From contig OZ231126.1 in assembly GCA_965153355.1 (NCBI GenBank), positions 33,480,001-33,544,000 on the forward strand: DNA of 64,000 bases. The letters are read 5' to 3'. Below the pieces are notes generated by a model, which searched no databases, was not told where the DNA came from, and worked only from the letters and a program-made list of their open reading frames with translations. Source of the DNA: Flaccisagitta enflata (lineage: Eukaryota). Positions 33,549-48,100 of the stretch are shown here, in pieces. A program made the translations under genes and the position numbers. Position 1 is the first letter of the stretch. The number at the start of each line of letters is the position of its first letter.

Positions 33549-36473
33549 TGTAGTTGGTTGTCCCTTGGTTTGAAATTTGTCATAACAGGATCATTGGCCT
33601 TTTTCCTGGTGCCGGAAGATAATTCAATGATTGATGGTATAAAAAAAATTCCTGAGATTGTCCTGGAAATTGTCACTTTCAAAACTGTCTTATTTTTCAA
33701 GAAGAGTGAGTGAATGCGTCATATCCTCATCCCTTTACATGTTTACATTCTTGTTCAATAATGAAAGAAAAACAAACAAAAAACAAAAACAAACAAAAAA
33801 TGAAAAGCTATTGAGGCACCCTTGAACATTAGATTGGGCAATGTAATATTGCTTGATTTTAAGTTAAGTGTAAAAAGCAACTGCTTACTGATCAATAAGT
33901 TACCATATCAATTAACTAATATGTATTGTACTATCTAGAACATATGTTTTTCGGCAAGCATTATGGACCATATCTCTGCTTAAAACAAGAAATTCATATA
34001 AAAATCGGCAAGATTCTGAAACTACATCGAATTTCTGAGCTAACGCCACCAACCGCGTTCTTTTATCTCAATTTGTCTAGAAATGACAAGTAAAACAAGA
34101 TTGCTACTCCAAAAGCAAAATGGCAGAAAAATTGCGTCTTATTTCCTGTCAGTTACTGCACTTGACTAATCAATATTTTTCAGCTATGTTAGGAAATTTT
34201 TGCAGCTTATGTGATGCCAAAGGGTAATCATGTCACGTCCTTACGCCCTCTTAACCCGGTGTTATATTAGATAGTGTTTTGGAGGCAGCTACAGAGAAGG
34301 GAGCACACACCATTGAGCATGGGCTTTAAAAAAATCTGCTTTCAAGTTATGAGAGGAGATCCTGTCGTTCTACATCAAAATATATCTAAAAGGCATATCA
34401 ATGCAATTGATAAATAGTTTTGATGTCCACAAGACTCAAAGAAAGTATCACATCTGTTTCATTGATATTTTCCTAATGATTTAATGGATATGCAACCTGA
34501 TTCTTATCTTGCCGACCTACTTTTGTTCTAGATAGTAAATAAACAAATCAATGAATAAGGAAATTAGAAAATCAACAAATGAACAAACGGAATTATATGA
34601 ATAGCATGCAAGTGTATTGAACCAGTCTCTTGACATCAGAGCAAACATTTAGAAAATATCAAGATTTTGGTCATTTTTGGCTCTTTTGGGTCTTTTGGGC
34701 CCTCTAGCAGGGCCCATCAGGGGACCTAAGACTTCAAATTTTTAAAACTAGATGACGATATAAGAACATTTCATTACCAGAGCAAAAAAAATAAAAAGAA
34801 AAGAAAAAAGAATGCTATGGTTTTGGTCATTTCTTACTATTTCTGTTTATTGGAACCCCTGCCTGAACCCCCTTTGTACCCCACCATTAGATGACAGTAT
34901 CTTAACATGAAATCTACATCTCCAATAACCTAAGAGGCAAAACAGCAACAAAAAACTCATTATCTTGATGAATTTTTTGTATTTAAGGGACCTTTGGGGG
35001 CCCCTGGAGGGCCCCTGGGGACCACTGTCCTTTATTTATTTATTAGTTTACATCCTATCTCTATGTTTCCTTCAAACAGGACCAATCCTATGCTTATTAA
35101 TCAATATAAAGAGAAAATTGAAAAAAAAAGGTAATTAATCATAAATTTGATCTTAATGTTTTTTGCAATTTTCGGCGATCTACCTCTAGTCTTGATACCT
35201 TGGGCCCCTGGGTAAAATTTTCAATTTCTGTCTTGGGGACTGTTTTAAGACATCATGCAAAGGAAGGAGCCGATATAGGCGTTCAGAGGGTCTAAATGAT
35301 GAAATCTTCATATGGGTCATAACTCTCTTGGAATATGGTCTAGTTGTGTATAAGGACACTAAAAAAACAAAAATCAATGCAAAATACATGGTTAGGCAAA
35401 GTTTTCTTATTTTGAGGCCAAAGCTGGACATTTTCCCAGAAATAACCTTTTACCCATGATGGTAAAACCAAATCTGTTACTCCAGGGAAGGTAGAAAATC
35501 ATAAACAAGACCTGAAATAACTTTTCAATACCACAAAGAACCAATTAAATTGCGAGCCCGCCCTCCCCTATCAATATGGGGGCCTAACATAACGTCTGTT
35601 GTATACACAAAAAGTGCAAAAAAGTTGTCTTCTTTTTACTACTTGACAGTCTTCACGGGAAATTGCCGTTTTGCATAGAAATTGAAAAATTGCAAAATCC
35701 AAGAACATACAGACCTTCAAAAATTGATTCTTAAGGAATGCATGTTTTAATTTATTCAAAAAAATCATCCTATCTCAAGACCGGCAATTTCCCGCTCTAT
35801 AAATGTTTTTTTGAAAATCTAAAATTTGCTTAAAATTACACAAAATGACATCAAAACCCCACTTAACATTGGCCAAGTAACTTGAAATTTGACATGGAGT
35901 AACCTTAATCGGAGGACGGGAAGTATGGTTATTAAGCCGAGAAAAAAAAAGTTCCAAATTTCTTAGTTTTCATTTGTCACATGACCTTTTCAATGAATTA
36001 AGTGTATTTCCATAGTTGGAGGGGGAGAAAATCTTGGCAAAAATTTGTGGCATATCTTGAAAGGTTACTCAGGGGGTATAAAAAGAGAAAATGACTATAA
36101 TTCGATTTTTTTATTGCTTTATCATCGTAGATGTAAGCAACTGAGAAACAAATTGTCACATCAAATGACGATTTTGATGAGGTTTTTACTGCTTTGTTGT
36201 CCTGTACAGTATATCTAGTGTCTATTAAAGGATCCAAGTCCGTTCTAATAAGTAATATGCAACCAAATGACATGTCCACAACATTTTTTGAAAGAAAAAA
36301 CGAGTTTTCTTTTTATCAAAATAAGGTTGGAAAATGGTTGACCCTTTAAATCTGTTTTCTGGTCTGCTTTCTGACTTAAACACTTTTAAAAACATTAAAT
36401 TTGGTTTAGACAAGGTCTGATTTGATTTTTGAATCTTTTATGGGGGGCTCTATCCACCTTCTACCCTACAGTT

Positions 36474-39400
36474 AAAGATACTATCTTCAAAGATACATTC
36501 CTCAAAGATACTATCCTCAAAGATACAATCCTCAAAGATACAATAATCAATGATACTATCCTCAAAGATACATTCCTCAAAGATACTATCCTCAAAGATA
36601 CTATCCTCAAAGATACAATTCTTAAAGATACTATCCTCAAAGATACAGTCCTAAAGATACAATCCTCAAAGATACTATCCTAAAAGATACTATTCTAAAA
36701 GATACAATCCTCAAAGATACTATCCACAAAGATACTATCCTCAAAGATACAATCCTCCAAGATACAAACCTCAAAGATACAATCCACCAAGATACAATCC
36801 ACCAAGATACAATCCTCCAAGATACAATCCTCCAAGATACAATCCTCCAAGATACAATCCTCCAAGATACGATCCTCCAAGATACAATCCTCCAAGATAC
36901 AATCCTCCAAGATACAATCCTCCAAGATACAATCTTCTAAGATACAATCCTCCAAGATACAATCCTCAAAGATACAATCCTCCAAGATACAATCCTCAAA
37001 GATACAATCCTCCAAGATACAATCCTCAAAGATAAATCCTCAAAGATACAATCCTCAAAGATAAGATCCTCAAAGATACAATCCTCAAAGATACAATCCT
37101 CAAAGATACAATCCTCAAAGATACAATCCTCAAAGATACAATCCTCAAAGATACAATCCTCAAAGATACAATCCTCAAAGATACAATCCTCAAAGATACA
37201 ATCCTCAAAGATACAATCCTCAAAGATACAATCCTCAAAGAAACGATCCTCAAAGATACAATCCTCAAAGATACGATCCTCAAAGATACAATCCTCAAAG
37301 ATACAATCCTCAAAGATACAATCCTCAAAGATACAATCCTCAAAGATACAATCCTCAAAGATACAATCCTCAAAGATACAATCCTCAAAGATACGATCCT
37401 CAAAGATACAATCCTCAAAGATACGATCCTCAAAGATACGATCCTCAAAGATACAATCCTCAAAGATACAATCCTCAAAGATACAATCCTCGAAGATACA
37501 ATCCTCGAAAATACAATCCTCGAAGATACAATCCTCGAAGATACAATCCTCAAAGAAACAATCCTCAAAGACACAATCCTCAAAGATACAATCCTCAAAG
37601 ATACAATCCTCAAAGATACAATCCTCCAAGATACAAACCTCGAAGATACAATCCTCCAAGATACATTCCTCTAAGATACAAGACCCGAAGATATAATCCT
37701 ACAAGATACAATCCTCCAAGATACAAACCTCGAAGATACAATCCTCCAAGATACAATCCTCAAAAAAACAATCCTCAAAGATACAATCCTCAAAGATACA
37801 ACCCTCAAAGATACAACCCTCAAAGATACAATCCTCAAAGATACAATCCTCAAAGATACAATCATCAAAGATACAATCCTCAAAGATACAATCCTCAAAG
37901 ATACAATCCTCAAAGATACAATCCTCAAAGATACAATCCTCAAAGATACAATCCTCAAAGATACAATCCTCAAAGATACAATCCTCAAAGATACAATCCT
38001 CAAAGATACAATCCTCAAAGATACAATCCTCAAAGATACAATCCTCAAAGATACAATCCTCAAAGATACGATCCTCAAAGATACGATCCTCAAAGATACA
38101 ATCCTCAAAGATACAATCCTCAAAGATACAATCCTCAAAGATACAATCCTCAAAGATACAATCCTCAAAGATACAATCCTCAAAGATACAATCCTCAAAG
38201 ATACAATCCTCAAAGATACGATCCTCAAAGATACGATCCTCAAAGATACAATCCTCAAAGATACAATCCTCAAAGATACAATCCTCAAAGATACAATCCT
38301 CAAAGATACAATCCTCAAAGATACGATCCTCAAAGATATGATCCTCAAAGATACAATCCTCAAAGATACAATCCTCAAAGATACAATCCTCAAAGATACA
38401 ATCCTCAAAGATACAATCCTCAAAGATACAATCCTCGAAGATACAATCCTCAAAGATACAATCCTCAAAGATACAATCCTCAAAGATACAATCCTCAAAG
38501 ATACAATCCTCAAAGATACAATCCTCCAAGATACAAACCTCGAAGATACAATCCTCCAAGATACATTCCTCCAAGATACAAGACTCGAAGATGTAATCCT
38601 CCAAGATACAATCCTCCAAGATACAAACCTCGAAGATACAATCCTCCAAGATACAATCCTCCAAGATTCAAACCTCGAGATACAATCCTCAAAGATACAT
38701 TCCTCCGAGATACAAGCCTCCAAGATACAATCCTCCAAGATACTATCCTCCAAGATACAATCCTCCAAGATACAATCCTCCAAGATACAAACCTCCAAGA
38801 TACAATCCTCCAAGATACAATCCTCCAAGATACAATCCTCCAAGATACAATCCTCCAAGATACAGTCCTCCAAGATACAATCCTCAAAGATAAAATCCTC
38901 AAAGATACAATGCTCAAAGATACAATCCTCAAAGATACAATCCTAAAAGATACAATACTCAAAGATGAAATCCTCGAAGATACAATCCTCCAAGATACAA
39001 TCCTCCAAGATACAATCCTCCAAGATACAATCCTCCAAGATATAATCCTCCAAGATACAATCCTCCATGATACAATCCTCCAAGATACAATCCTCCAAGA
39101 TACAATCCTCAAAGATAAAATCCTCAAAGATACAATCCTCAAAGATACAATCCTCAAAGATACAATCCTCAAAGATACGATCCTCAAATATACGATCCTA
39201 AAAGATACAATCCTCAAAGATACAATCCTCAAAGATACAATCCTCAAAGATACAATCCTCGAAGATACAATCCTCAAAAATACAATCCTCGAAGATACAA
39301 TCCTGAAAGATACATTCCTCAAAGAAACAATCCTCCAAGGCACAATCCTCCAAGATACAATCCTCCAAGATACAATCCTCCAAGATACAATCCTCCAAGA

Positions 39401-41238
39401 TACAATCCTTCAAGATAAAATCCTCCGAGATAAATTCCTCCAAGATACAATCCTCCAAGATACAATCCTCCAAGATACAATCCTCCAAGATACAATCCTC
39501 CAAGACATAATCCTCAAAGATACAATCCTCAAAGATACAATCCTCAAAGATACAATCCTCCAAGATACAATCCTCCAAGATAAAATCCTCCAAGATACAA
39601 TCCTTCAAGATACAATCCTCCAAGATACAATCCTCCAAGATACAATCCTCAAAGATACAATCCTCAAAGATACAATCCTCAAAGATACAATCCTCAAAGA
39701 TACAATCCTCAAATATACAATCCTCAAAGATACAATCCTCAAAGATACAATCCTCAAAGATACAATCCTCAAAGATACAATCCTCAAAGATACAATCCTC
39801 AAAGATACAATCCTCAAAGATACAACTCAAAGATACAATCCTCAGATACAATCCTCAATTATACAATCCTCAAGGATACAATCCTCAAAGATACAATCCT
39901 CAAAGATACAATCCTCAAAGATACAATCCTCAAAGATACAATCCTCAAAGATACAATCCTCAAAGATACAATCCTCAAAGATACAATCCTCCAAGATACA
40001 ATCCTCCAAGATAAAACCCTCAAAGATACAATCCTCAAAGATACAATCCTCTAGGATACAATCCTCCAAGATACAATCCTCCAAGATAAAATCCTCAAAG
40101 ATACAATCCTCAAAGATACAATCCTCAAAGATACAATCCTCAAAGATACAATCCTCAAAGATACAATCCTCAAAGATACAATCCTCAAGATACAATCCTC
40201 AAAGATACAATCCTCAAAGATACAATCCTCAAAGATACAATCCTCAAAGATACAATCCTCAAAGATACAATCCTCAAAGATACAATCCTCAAAGATACAA
40301 TCCTCAAAGATACAATCCTCAAAGATACAATCCTCAAAGATACAATCCTCAAAGATACAATCCTCAAAGATACAATCCTCAAAGATACAATCCTCAAAGA
40401 TACAATCCTCAAAGATACAATCCTCAAAGATACAATTCTCAAAGATACAATCCTCAAAGATACAATCCTCAGTGATACAATCCTCAAGGAAACATTTCTC
40501 CAAGATACAATCCTCATAGATACACTCCTCAAAGATACAATCCTCGAAGATACAATCCTCAAAGATACAATCCTGAAAGATACAATCCTGAAAGATACAA
40601 TCCTGAAAGATAGAATCCCCAAAGATAAAACCCTCAAAGATAGAATCCTCAAAGATACAATCCTCAAAGATACAATCGTCAAAGATACAATCCTCAAAGA
40701 TACAATCCTCAAAGATACAATCCTCAAAGATACAACCCTCAAAGATACAATCCTCAAAGATACAATCCTCAAAGATACAATCCTCAAAGATACAATCTTC
40801 AAAGATACAATCCTCAAAGATACAATCCTCAAAGATACATTCCTCAAAGATACAATCCTCAAAGATACAATCCTCAAAGATACAGTCCTCAAAGATACAA
40901 TCCTCAAAGATACAATCTGCAAAGATACAATCCTCAAAGATACAATCCTCAGAGATACAATATTCAAAGATACAATCCTCAAAGATGCAACCCTCAAAGA
41001 TACAATCCTCAAAGATACAATCCTCAAAGATACAATCCTCGAAAATACAATCCTCAAAGATACAATCCTCAAAGATACAATCCTCAAAGATACAATCCTC
41101 AAAGATACAATCCTCAAAGATACAATCCTCAAAAATACAATCCTTAAAGATACAATCCTCTAAGATACAATCCTTAAAGATACAATCCTCAAAGATACAA
41201 TTCTCAAAGATACAATTCTCAAAGATACAATCCTCAGA
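36474..41238. repeat. 15-bp satellite block (GATACAATCCTC[A/C]AA)n
   Basis: Direct reading. Confidence 0.98.
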
Positions 41239-41248
41239 TACATGATTA

Positions 41249-42163
41249 ACCTGGGACAGAAGGGTAATTTACCTGAGAATCAACAGCGACAAGGATTGGG
41301 GTCAAAGTTTCATTTGTGAAGCCAAGAAATGTCAGTTAGGGCTCAGAAGGCCCTCTTAAGAGGTCTTACATATTTTCAATATTTCTATACTTTTCATATC
41401 TTGGTGACTCTGACAACGATGATGATGACGACAATGGTGACGACAATGACAACGACAACGACAACAATGACGATGACGACGACGATGATCATAACCATCA
41501 AAGTCAGCGTCGGCATCGGCAGAGGATGTCGACAAGGCTTTTAGTTTTTCTAATGCTAGAGCCAAAAAATGTCTGCTAAAGCTCAAAAGGCCCTCATCCA
41601 TATATTCTAGTGTATAGCCGATGCCGACGCCGATGCCGACGCTGTAGGGTATAGGAGCCCCTTGGGGTCCCTCCATGAAAGGGTCCAAAAATGGCTGTTG
41701 GCATTGGCATCGGCATCGGCATCGGCATGAGCGAATGCCATTTGAAAAAAAAATGGATGAATGGGTCAAAGTCGGCGTCGGTGTCGGCGTCCTCAAGATA
41801 GATCATCTTAAAAATGAAAAGGAAAACGTCTCAAAATCGGCGTCAGTGTCGGCGACAGCAGCAAATTTGTCACTCAAAACGTTGTTTGTAACAAAAAAAA
41901 AAAGTCTAAATCGGCGTCGGCATCGCCGTCGGCAGCAGAACTGGAAGAGGAAACAAATCACAGAAATAAATAGAAGGAAAATGAAATAAAAATAAAAGGA
42001 ATTGTAAATAGCGGTAGAATTAGCAGGAGAATAAATGGATTGGCCAGAAATTAACCTGAGAGTAACCTGAGAGTAACCTGGAAGTAACCTGGAAGTAACC
42101 TGAGCGTAACCTGAGAGTAACCTGAGGAATTACCATTGAATTCTGCCTATTTTTGTCCCAGGT
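41249..42163. mobile_element. Non-autonomous TIR element (TA-flanked) interrupting the satellite
   Basis: TA|ACCTGGGACAGAA ... TTTTGTCCCAGGT|TA; subterminal (GTAACCTGAGA)n; internal CGGCAT/CGGCGT hexamer repeats in both orientations. Confidence 0.7.
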
Positions 42164-42174
42164 TATTACTATGT

Positions 42175-45100
42175 CAATCCTCAAAGATACAATCCTCAAA
42201 GATACAACATTCAAAGATACAATCCTCAAAGATACAATCCTCAAAGATACAATCCTCATAGATACACTCCTCAAAGATACAATCCTCAAAGATACAATCC
42301 GCAAAGATACAATCCTTAAAGATTCAATCCTCAAAGATACAATTCTCAAAGACACAATCCTCAAAGATAAAATCCTCAAAGATACAACATTCAAAGATAC
42401 AATCCTCAAAAATACAATCCTCAAAGATACAATCCTCCAAGATACAATCCTCCAAGATACAATCCTCAAAGATACAATTCTCAAAGATACAATCCTCAAA
42501 GATACAATCCTCAATGATATAACTCAAGGATAATCCTCAAAGATACAACTCTCAAAGATAATCCTCAAAGATACAACTCTCAAAGATACAATCCTCATAG
42601 ATACACCTAAAGATACACTCCTCAAAGATACAATCTTCAAAGATAAAATCCTCATAGATACACTCCTCAAAGATACAATCCTCTAAGAAACAATCCTTAA
42701 AGATACAATCCTCAAAGATACAATTCTCAAAGATACAATCCTCAAAGATACAATCCTCAAAGAAACAACATTCAAAGATACAATCCTCAAAGATACAATT
42801 CTCAAAGATATAATCCTCCAAGATACAATCCTCCAAGATATAATCCTCAAAGATACAATTCTCAAAGATACAATCCTCAAAGATACAATCCTCAAAGATA
42901 CAATCCTCCAAGATACAAACCTCGAAGATACAATCCTCCAAGATACATTCCTCTAAGATACAAGACCCAAAGATACAATCCTACAAGATACAATCCTCCA
43001 AGATACAAACCTCGAAGATACAATCCTCAAAGATACAATCCTCAAAGATACAATCCTCAAAGATACAATCCTCAAAGATACAATCCTCAAAGATACAATC
43101 CTCAAAGATACAATCCTCAAAGATACAATCCTCAAAGATACAATCCTCAAAGATACAATCCTCAAAGATACAATCCTCAAAGATACAATCCTCAAAGATA
43201 CAATCCTCAAAGATACAATCCTCAAAGATACAATCCTCAAAGATACAATCCTCAAAGATACAATCCTCAAAGATACAATCCTCAAAGATACAATCCTCAA
43301 AGATACAATCCTCAAAGATACAATCCTCTAAGATACGATCCTCAAAGATACAATCCTCAAAGATACAATCCTCAAAGATACAATCCTCAAAGATACAATC
43401 CTCAAAGATACAATCCTCAAAGATACAATCCTCAAAGATACGATCCTCAAAGATATGATCCTCAAAGATACAATCCCTCAAAGATACAATCCTCAAAGAT
43501 ACAATCCTCGAGGATACAATCCTCGAAAATACAATCCTCGAAGATACAATCCTCGAAGATACAATCCTCAAAGAAACAATCCTCAAAGAGACAATCCTCA
43601 AAGATACAATCCTCAAAGATACAATCCTCAAAGATACAATCCTCCAAGATACAAACCTCGAAGATACAATCCTCAAAGATACATTCCTCCAAGATACAAG
43701 ACTCGAAGATATAATCCTCCAAGATACAATCCTCCAAGATACAAACCTCGAAGATACAATCCTCCAAGATACAATCCTCCAAGATTCAAACCTCGAAGAT
43801 ACAATCCTCAAAGATACATTCCTCCGAGATACAATCCTCCAAGATACAATCCTCCAAGATACTATCCTCCAAGATACAATCCTCCAAGATACAATCCTCC
43901 AAGATACAAACCTCCAAGATACAATCCTCCAAGATACAATCCTCCAAGATACAATCCTCCAAGATACAATCCTCCAAGATACAGTCCTTCAAGATACAAT
44001 CCTAAAAGATAAAATCCTCAAAGATACAATGCTCAAAGATACAATCCTCAAAGATACAATCCTCAAAGATATAATCCTCAAAGATACAATCCTCAAAGAT
44101 ACAATCCTCCAAGATACAATCCTCCAAGATGTAATCCTCCAAGATACAATCCTCCAAGATAAAATCCTCCAAGATACAATCCTCCATGATACAATCCTCC
44201 AAGATACAAACCTCGAAGATACAATCCTCCATGATACAATCCTCCAAGATACAATCCTCCAAGATACAATCCTCCATGATACAATCCTCCAAGATACAAT
44301 CCTCCAAGAAACACTCCTCCAAGATACAATCCTCCAAGATACAATCCTCCAAGATACAATCTTCCAAGATAAAATCCTCCAAGATACAATCCTCCAAGAT
44401 ACAATCCTTAAAGATACAATCCTCCAAGATACAATCCTCCAAGATACAATCCTCAAAGATGAAATCCTCAAAGATACAATCCTCAAAGATACAATCCTCA
44501 AAGATACAATCCTCAAAGATACAATCCTCAAAGATACAATCCTCAAAGATACAATCCTCAAAGATACAATCCTCAAAGATACAATCCTCAAAGATACAAT
44601 CCTCAAGGATACAATCCTCGAAAATACAATCCTCGAAGATACAATCCTGAAAGATACATTCCTCAAAGATACAATCCTCCAAGGCACAATCCTCCAAGAT
44701 ACAATCCTCCAAGATACAATCCTCCAAGATACAGTCCTCCAAGATACAATCCTCCACGATACAATCCTTCAAGATAAAATCCTCCGAGATAAATTCCTCC
44801 AAGATACAATCCTCCAAGATACAATACTACAAGATACAAGTCTCCAAGATACAATCCTCCAAGATACAATCCTCCAAGATACAATCCTCCAAGATACAAT
44901 CCTCCAAGATATAATCCTCAAAGATACAATCCTCAAAGATACAATCCTCAAAGATACAATCATCCAAGATAAAATCCTCCAAGATACAATCCTTCAAGAT
45001 ACAATCCTCCAAGATACAATCCTCAAAGATAAAATCCTCAAAGATACAATCCTCAAAGATACAATCCTCAAAGATAAAATCCTCAAAGATACAATCCTCA

Positions 45101-48100
45101 AAGATACAATCCTCCAAGATACAATCCTTCAAGATACAATCCTCAAAGATACAATCCTCAAAGATACAATCCTCAAAGATACAATCCTCAAAGATACAAT
45201 CCTCAAAGATACAATCCTCAAAGATACAATCCTTAAAGATACAATCCTCAAAGATACAATCCTCAAAGAAAGAATCCTCAATTATACAATCCTCAAGGAT
45301 ACAATCCTCAAAGATACAATCCTCAAAGATACAATCCTTAAAGATACAATCCTCAAAGATAAAATCCTCAAAGAAAGAATCCTCAAAGATACAATCCTCA
45401 AAGATACAATCCTCAAAGATACAATCCTCAAAGATACAATCCTCAAAGATACAATCCTCAAAGATACAATCCTCAAAGATACAATCCTCAAAGATACAAT
45501 TCTCAAAGATACAATCCTCAAAGATACAATCCTCAGTGATACAATCCTCAAGGAAACAATCCTCAAAGATACAATCCTCATAGATACACTCCTCAAAGAT
45601 ACAATCCTCGAAGATACAATTCTCAAAGATACAATCCTCAAAGATACAATCCTGAAAGATACAATCCTGAAAGATAGAATCCCCAAAGATAAAACCCTCA
45701 AAGATAGAATCCTCAAAGATACAATCCTCAAAGATACAATCGTCAAAGATACAATCCTCAAAGATACAATCCTCAAAGATACAATCCTCAAAGATACAAT
45801 CCTCAAAGATACAATCCTCAAAGATACAATCCTCAAAGATACAATCCTCAAAGATACAATCCTCAAAGATACAATCCTCAAAGATACAATCCTCAAAGAT
45901 ACAATCCTCAAAGATACATTCCTCAAAGATACAATCCTCAAAGATACAATCCTCAAAGATACAGTCCTCAAAGATACAATCCTCAAAGATACAATCTGCA
46001 AAGATACAATCCTCAAAGATACAATCCTCAAAGATACAATCCTCAAAGATACAATCCTCAAAGATACAATCCTCAAAGATACAATCCTCAAAGATACAAT
46101 CCTCAAAGATACAATCCGAAAGATACAATCCTCAAAGATACACTCCTCAAAGATACAATCCCAAAGATGCAATCCTCAAAGACACTCCTCAAAGATACAA
46201 TCCTCAAAGATACAATCCTCAAAGATACAATCCTTAAAGATACAATCCTCTAAGTTACAATCCTTAAAGATACAATCCTCAAAGATACAATTCTCAAAGA
46301 TACAATTCTCAAAGATACAATCCTCAAAGATACAATCCTCAAAGATACAACATTCAAAGATACAATCCTCAAAGATACAATCCTCAACGATACAATCCTC
46401 AAAGATACAACATTCAAAGAAACAATCCTTAAAGATACAATCCTCAAAGATACAATCCTCCAAGATACAATCCTCCAAGATACAATCCTCAAAGATACAA
46501 TTCTCAAAGATACAATCCTCAAAGATACAATCCTCAATGATACAATCCTTAAGGATACAATCCTCAAAGATACAATCATCAAAGATACAATCCTCCAAGA
46601 TACAATCCTCAAAGATACAATTCTCAAAGATACAATCCTCAAAGATACAATCCTCAATGATACAATCCTTAAGGATACAATCCTCAAAGATACAATCCTC
46701 AAAGATAGAATCCTCAAAGATACAATCCTCAAAGATACAATCCTCAAAGATACAATCCTCATAGATACACTCCTCAAAGATACAATCCTCAAAGATACAA
46801 TCCTCATAGATACACTCCTCAAAGATACAATCCTCTAAGATACAATCCTTAAAGATACAATCCTCAAAGATACAATTCTCAAAGATACAATCCTCAAAGA
46901 TACAATCCTCGAAGATACAACATTCAAAGATACAATCCTCAAAGATACAATCCTCAAAGATACAATCCTCCAAGATACAATCCTCCAAGATATAGTCCTC
47001 AAAGATACAATTCTCAAAGATACAATCCTCAAAGATACAATCCTCAATGATACAAACCTCAAGGATACAATCCTCAAAGATACAATCCTCAAAGATACAA
47101 TCCTCAAAGATACAATCCTCAAAGATACAATCCTCAAAGATACAATCCTCAAAAATATAATCCTCAAAGATACAATCCTCAAAGATACAATCCTCAAAGA
47201 TACAATCCTCAAAGATACAATCCTCAAAGATACAATCCTCAAAGATACAATCCTCAAAGATACAATCCTCAAAGATACAATCCTCAAAGATACAATCCTC
47301 AAAGATACAATCCTCAAAGATACAACCCTCAAAGATACAATCTGCAAAGATTCAATCTTCAAAGATACAATCTTTAAAGATACAATCCTCAAAGATACAA
47401 TCCTCAAAGATACAATCCTCAAAGATACAATCCTCAAAGATACAATCCTCCAAGATACAATCCTCCAAGATACAATCCTCAAAGATACAATTCTCAAAGA
47501 TACAATCCTCAAAGATACAATTCTCAATTATACAATCCTCAAGGATACAATCCTCAAAGATACAATCCTCAAAGAAACAATCCTCAAAGATACAATCCTC
47601 AAAGATACAATCCTCAAAGATACAATCCTCAAAGATACAATCTGCAAAGATACAATCCTCAAAGATACAATCCTCAATGATACAATCCTCATAGATAAAA
47701 TCCTCCAAGATACAATCCTCAAAGATACAATCCTCAAAGATACAATCCTCAAAGATACAACTTGAAGATACAATCCTCGTGATACAATCCGCAAAGATAC
47801 AATCTTCAAAGATACAGTCCTCAAAGATATAATCCTCAAAGATACAATCCTCAAAGATACAACCCTCAAAGATACAATCCTCAAAGATACAATCTCCAAA
47901 GATACAATCCTCCAAGATACAATCATCAAAGATACTATCCTCAAAGATACAATCCTCAAAGATACAATCCTAAATATACAATTCTTTCATATGATACAAT
48001 CTCAAAGATACAATCCTCAAAGATACAATCCTCAAAGATACAACCCTCAAAGAAACAATCCTCAAAGATACAATCCTCAAAGATACAATCCTCAAAGATA

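Noticed and set aside
33549-36473. 2.9-kb non-satellite island as a single TIR element
   Set aside because: Only a TGTAG/CTACA match at the edges, with no TSD and no ORF. It is probably transposon-derived but cannot be delimited.
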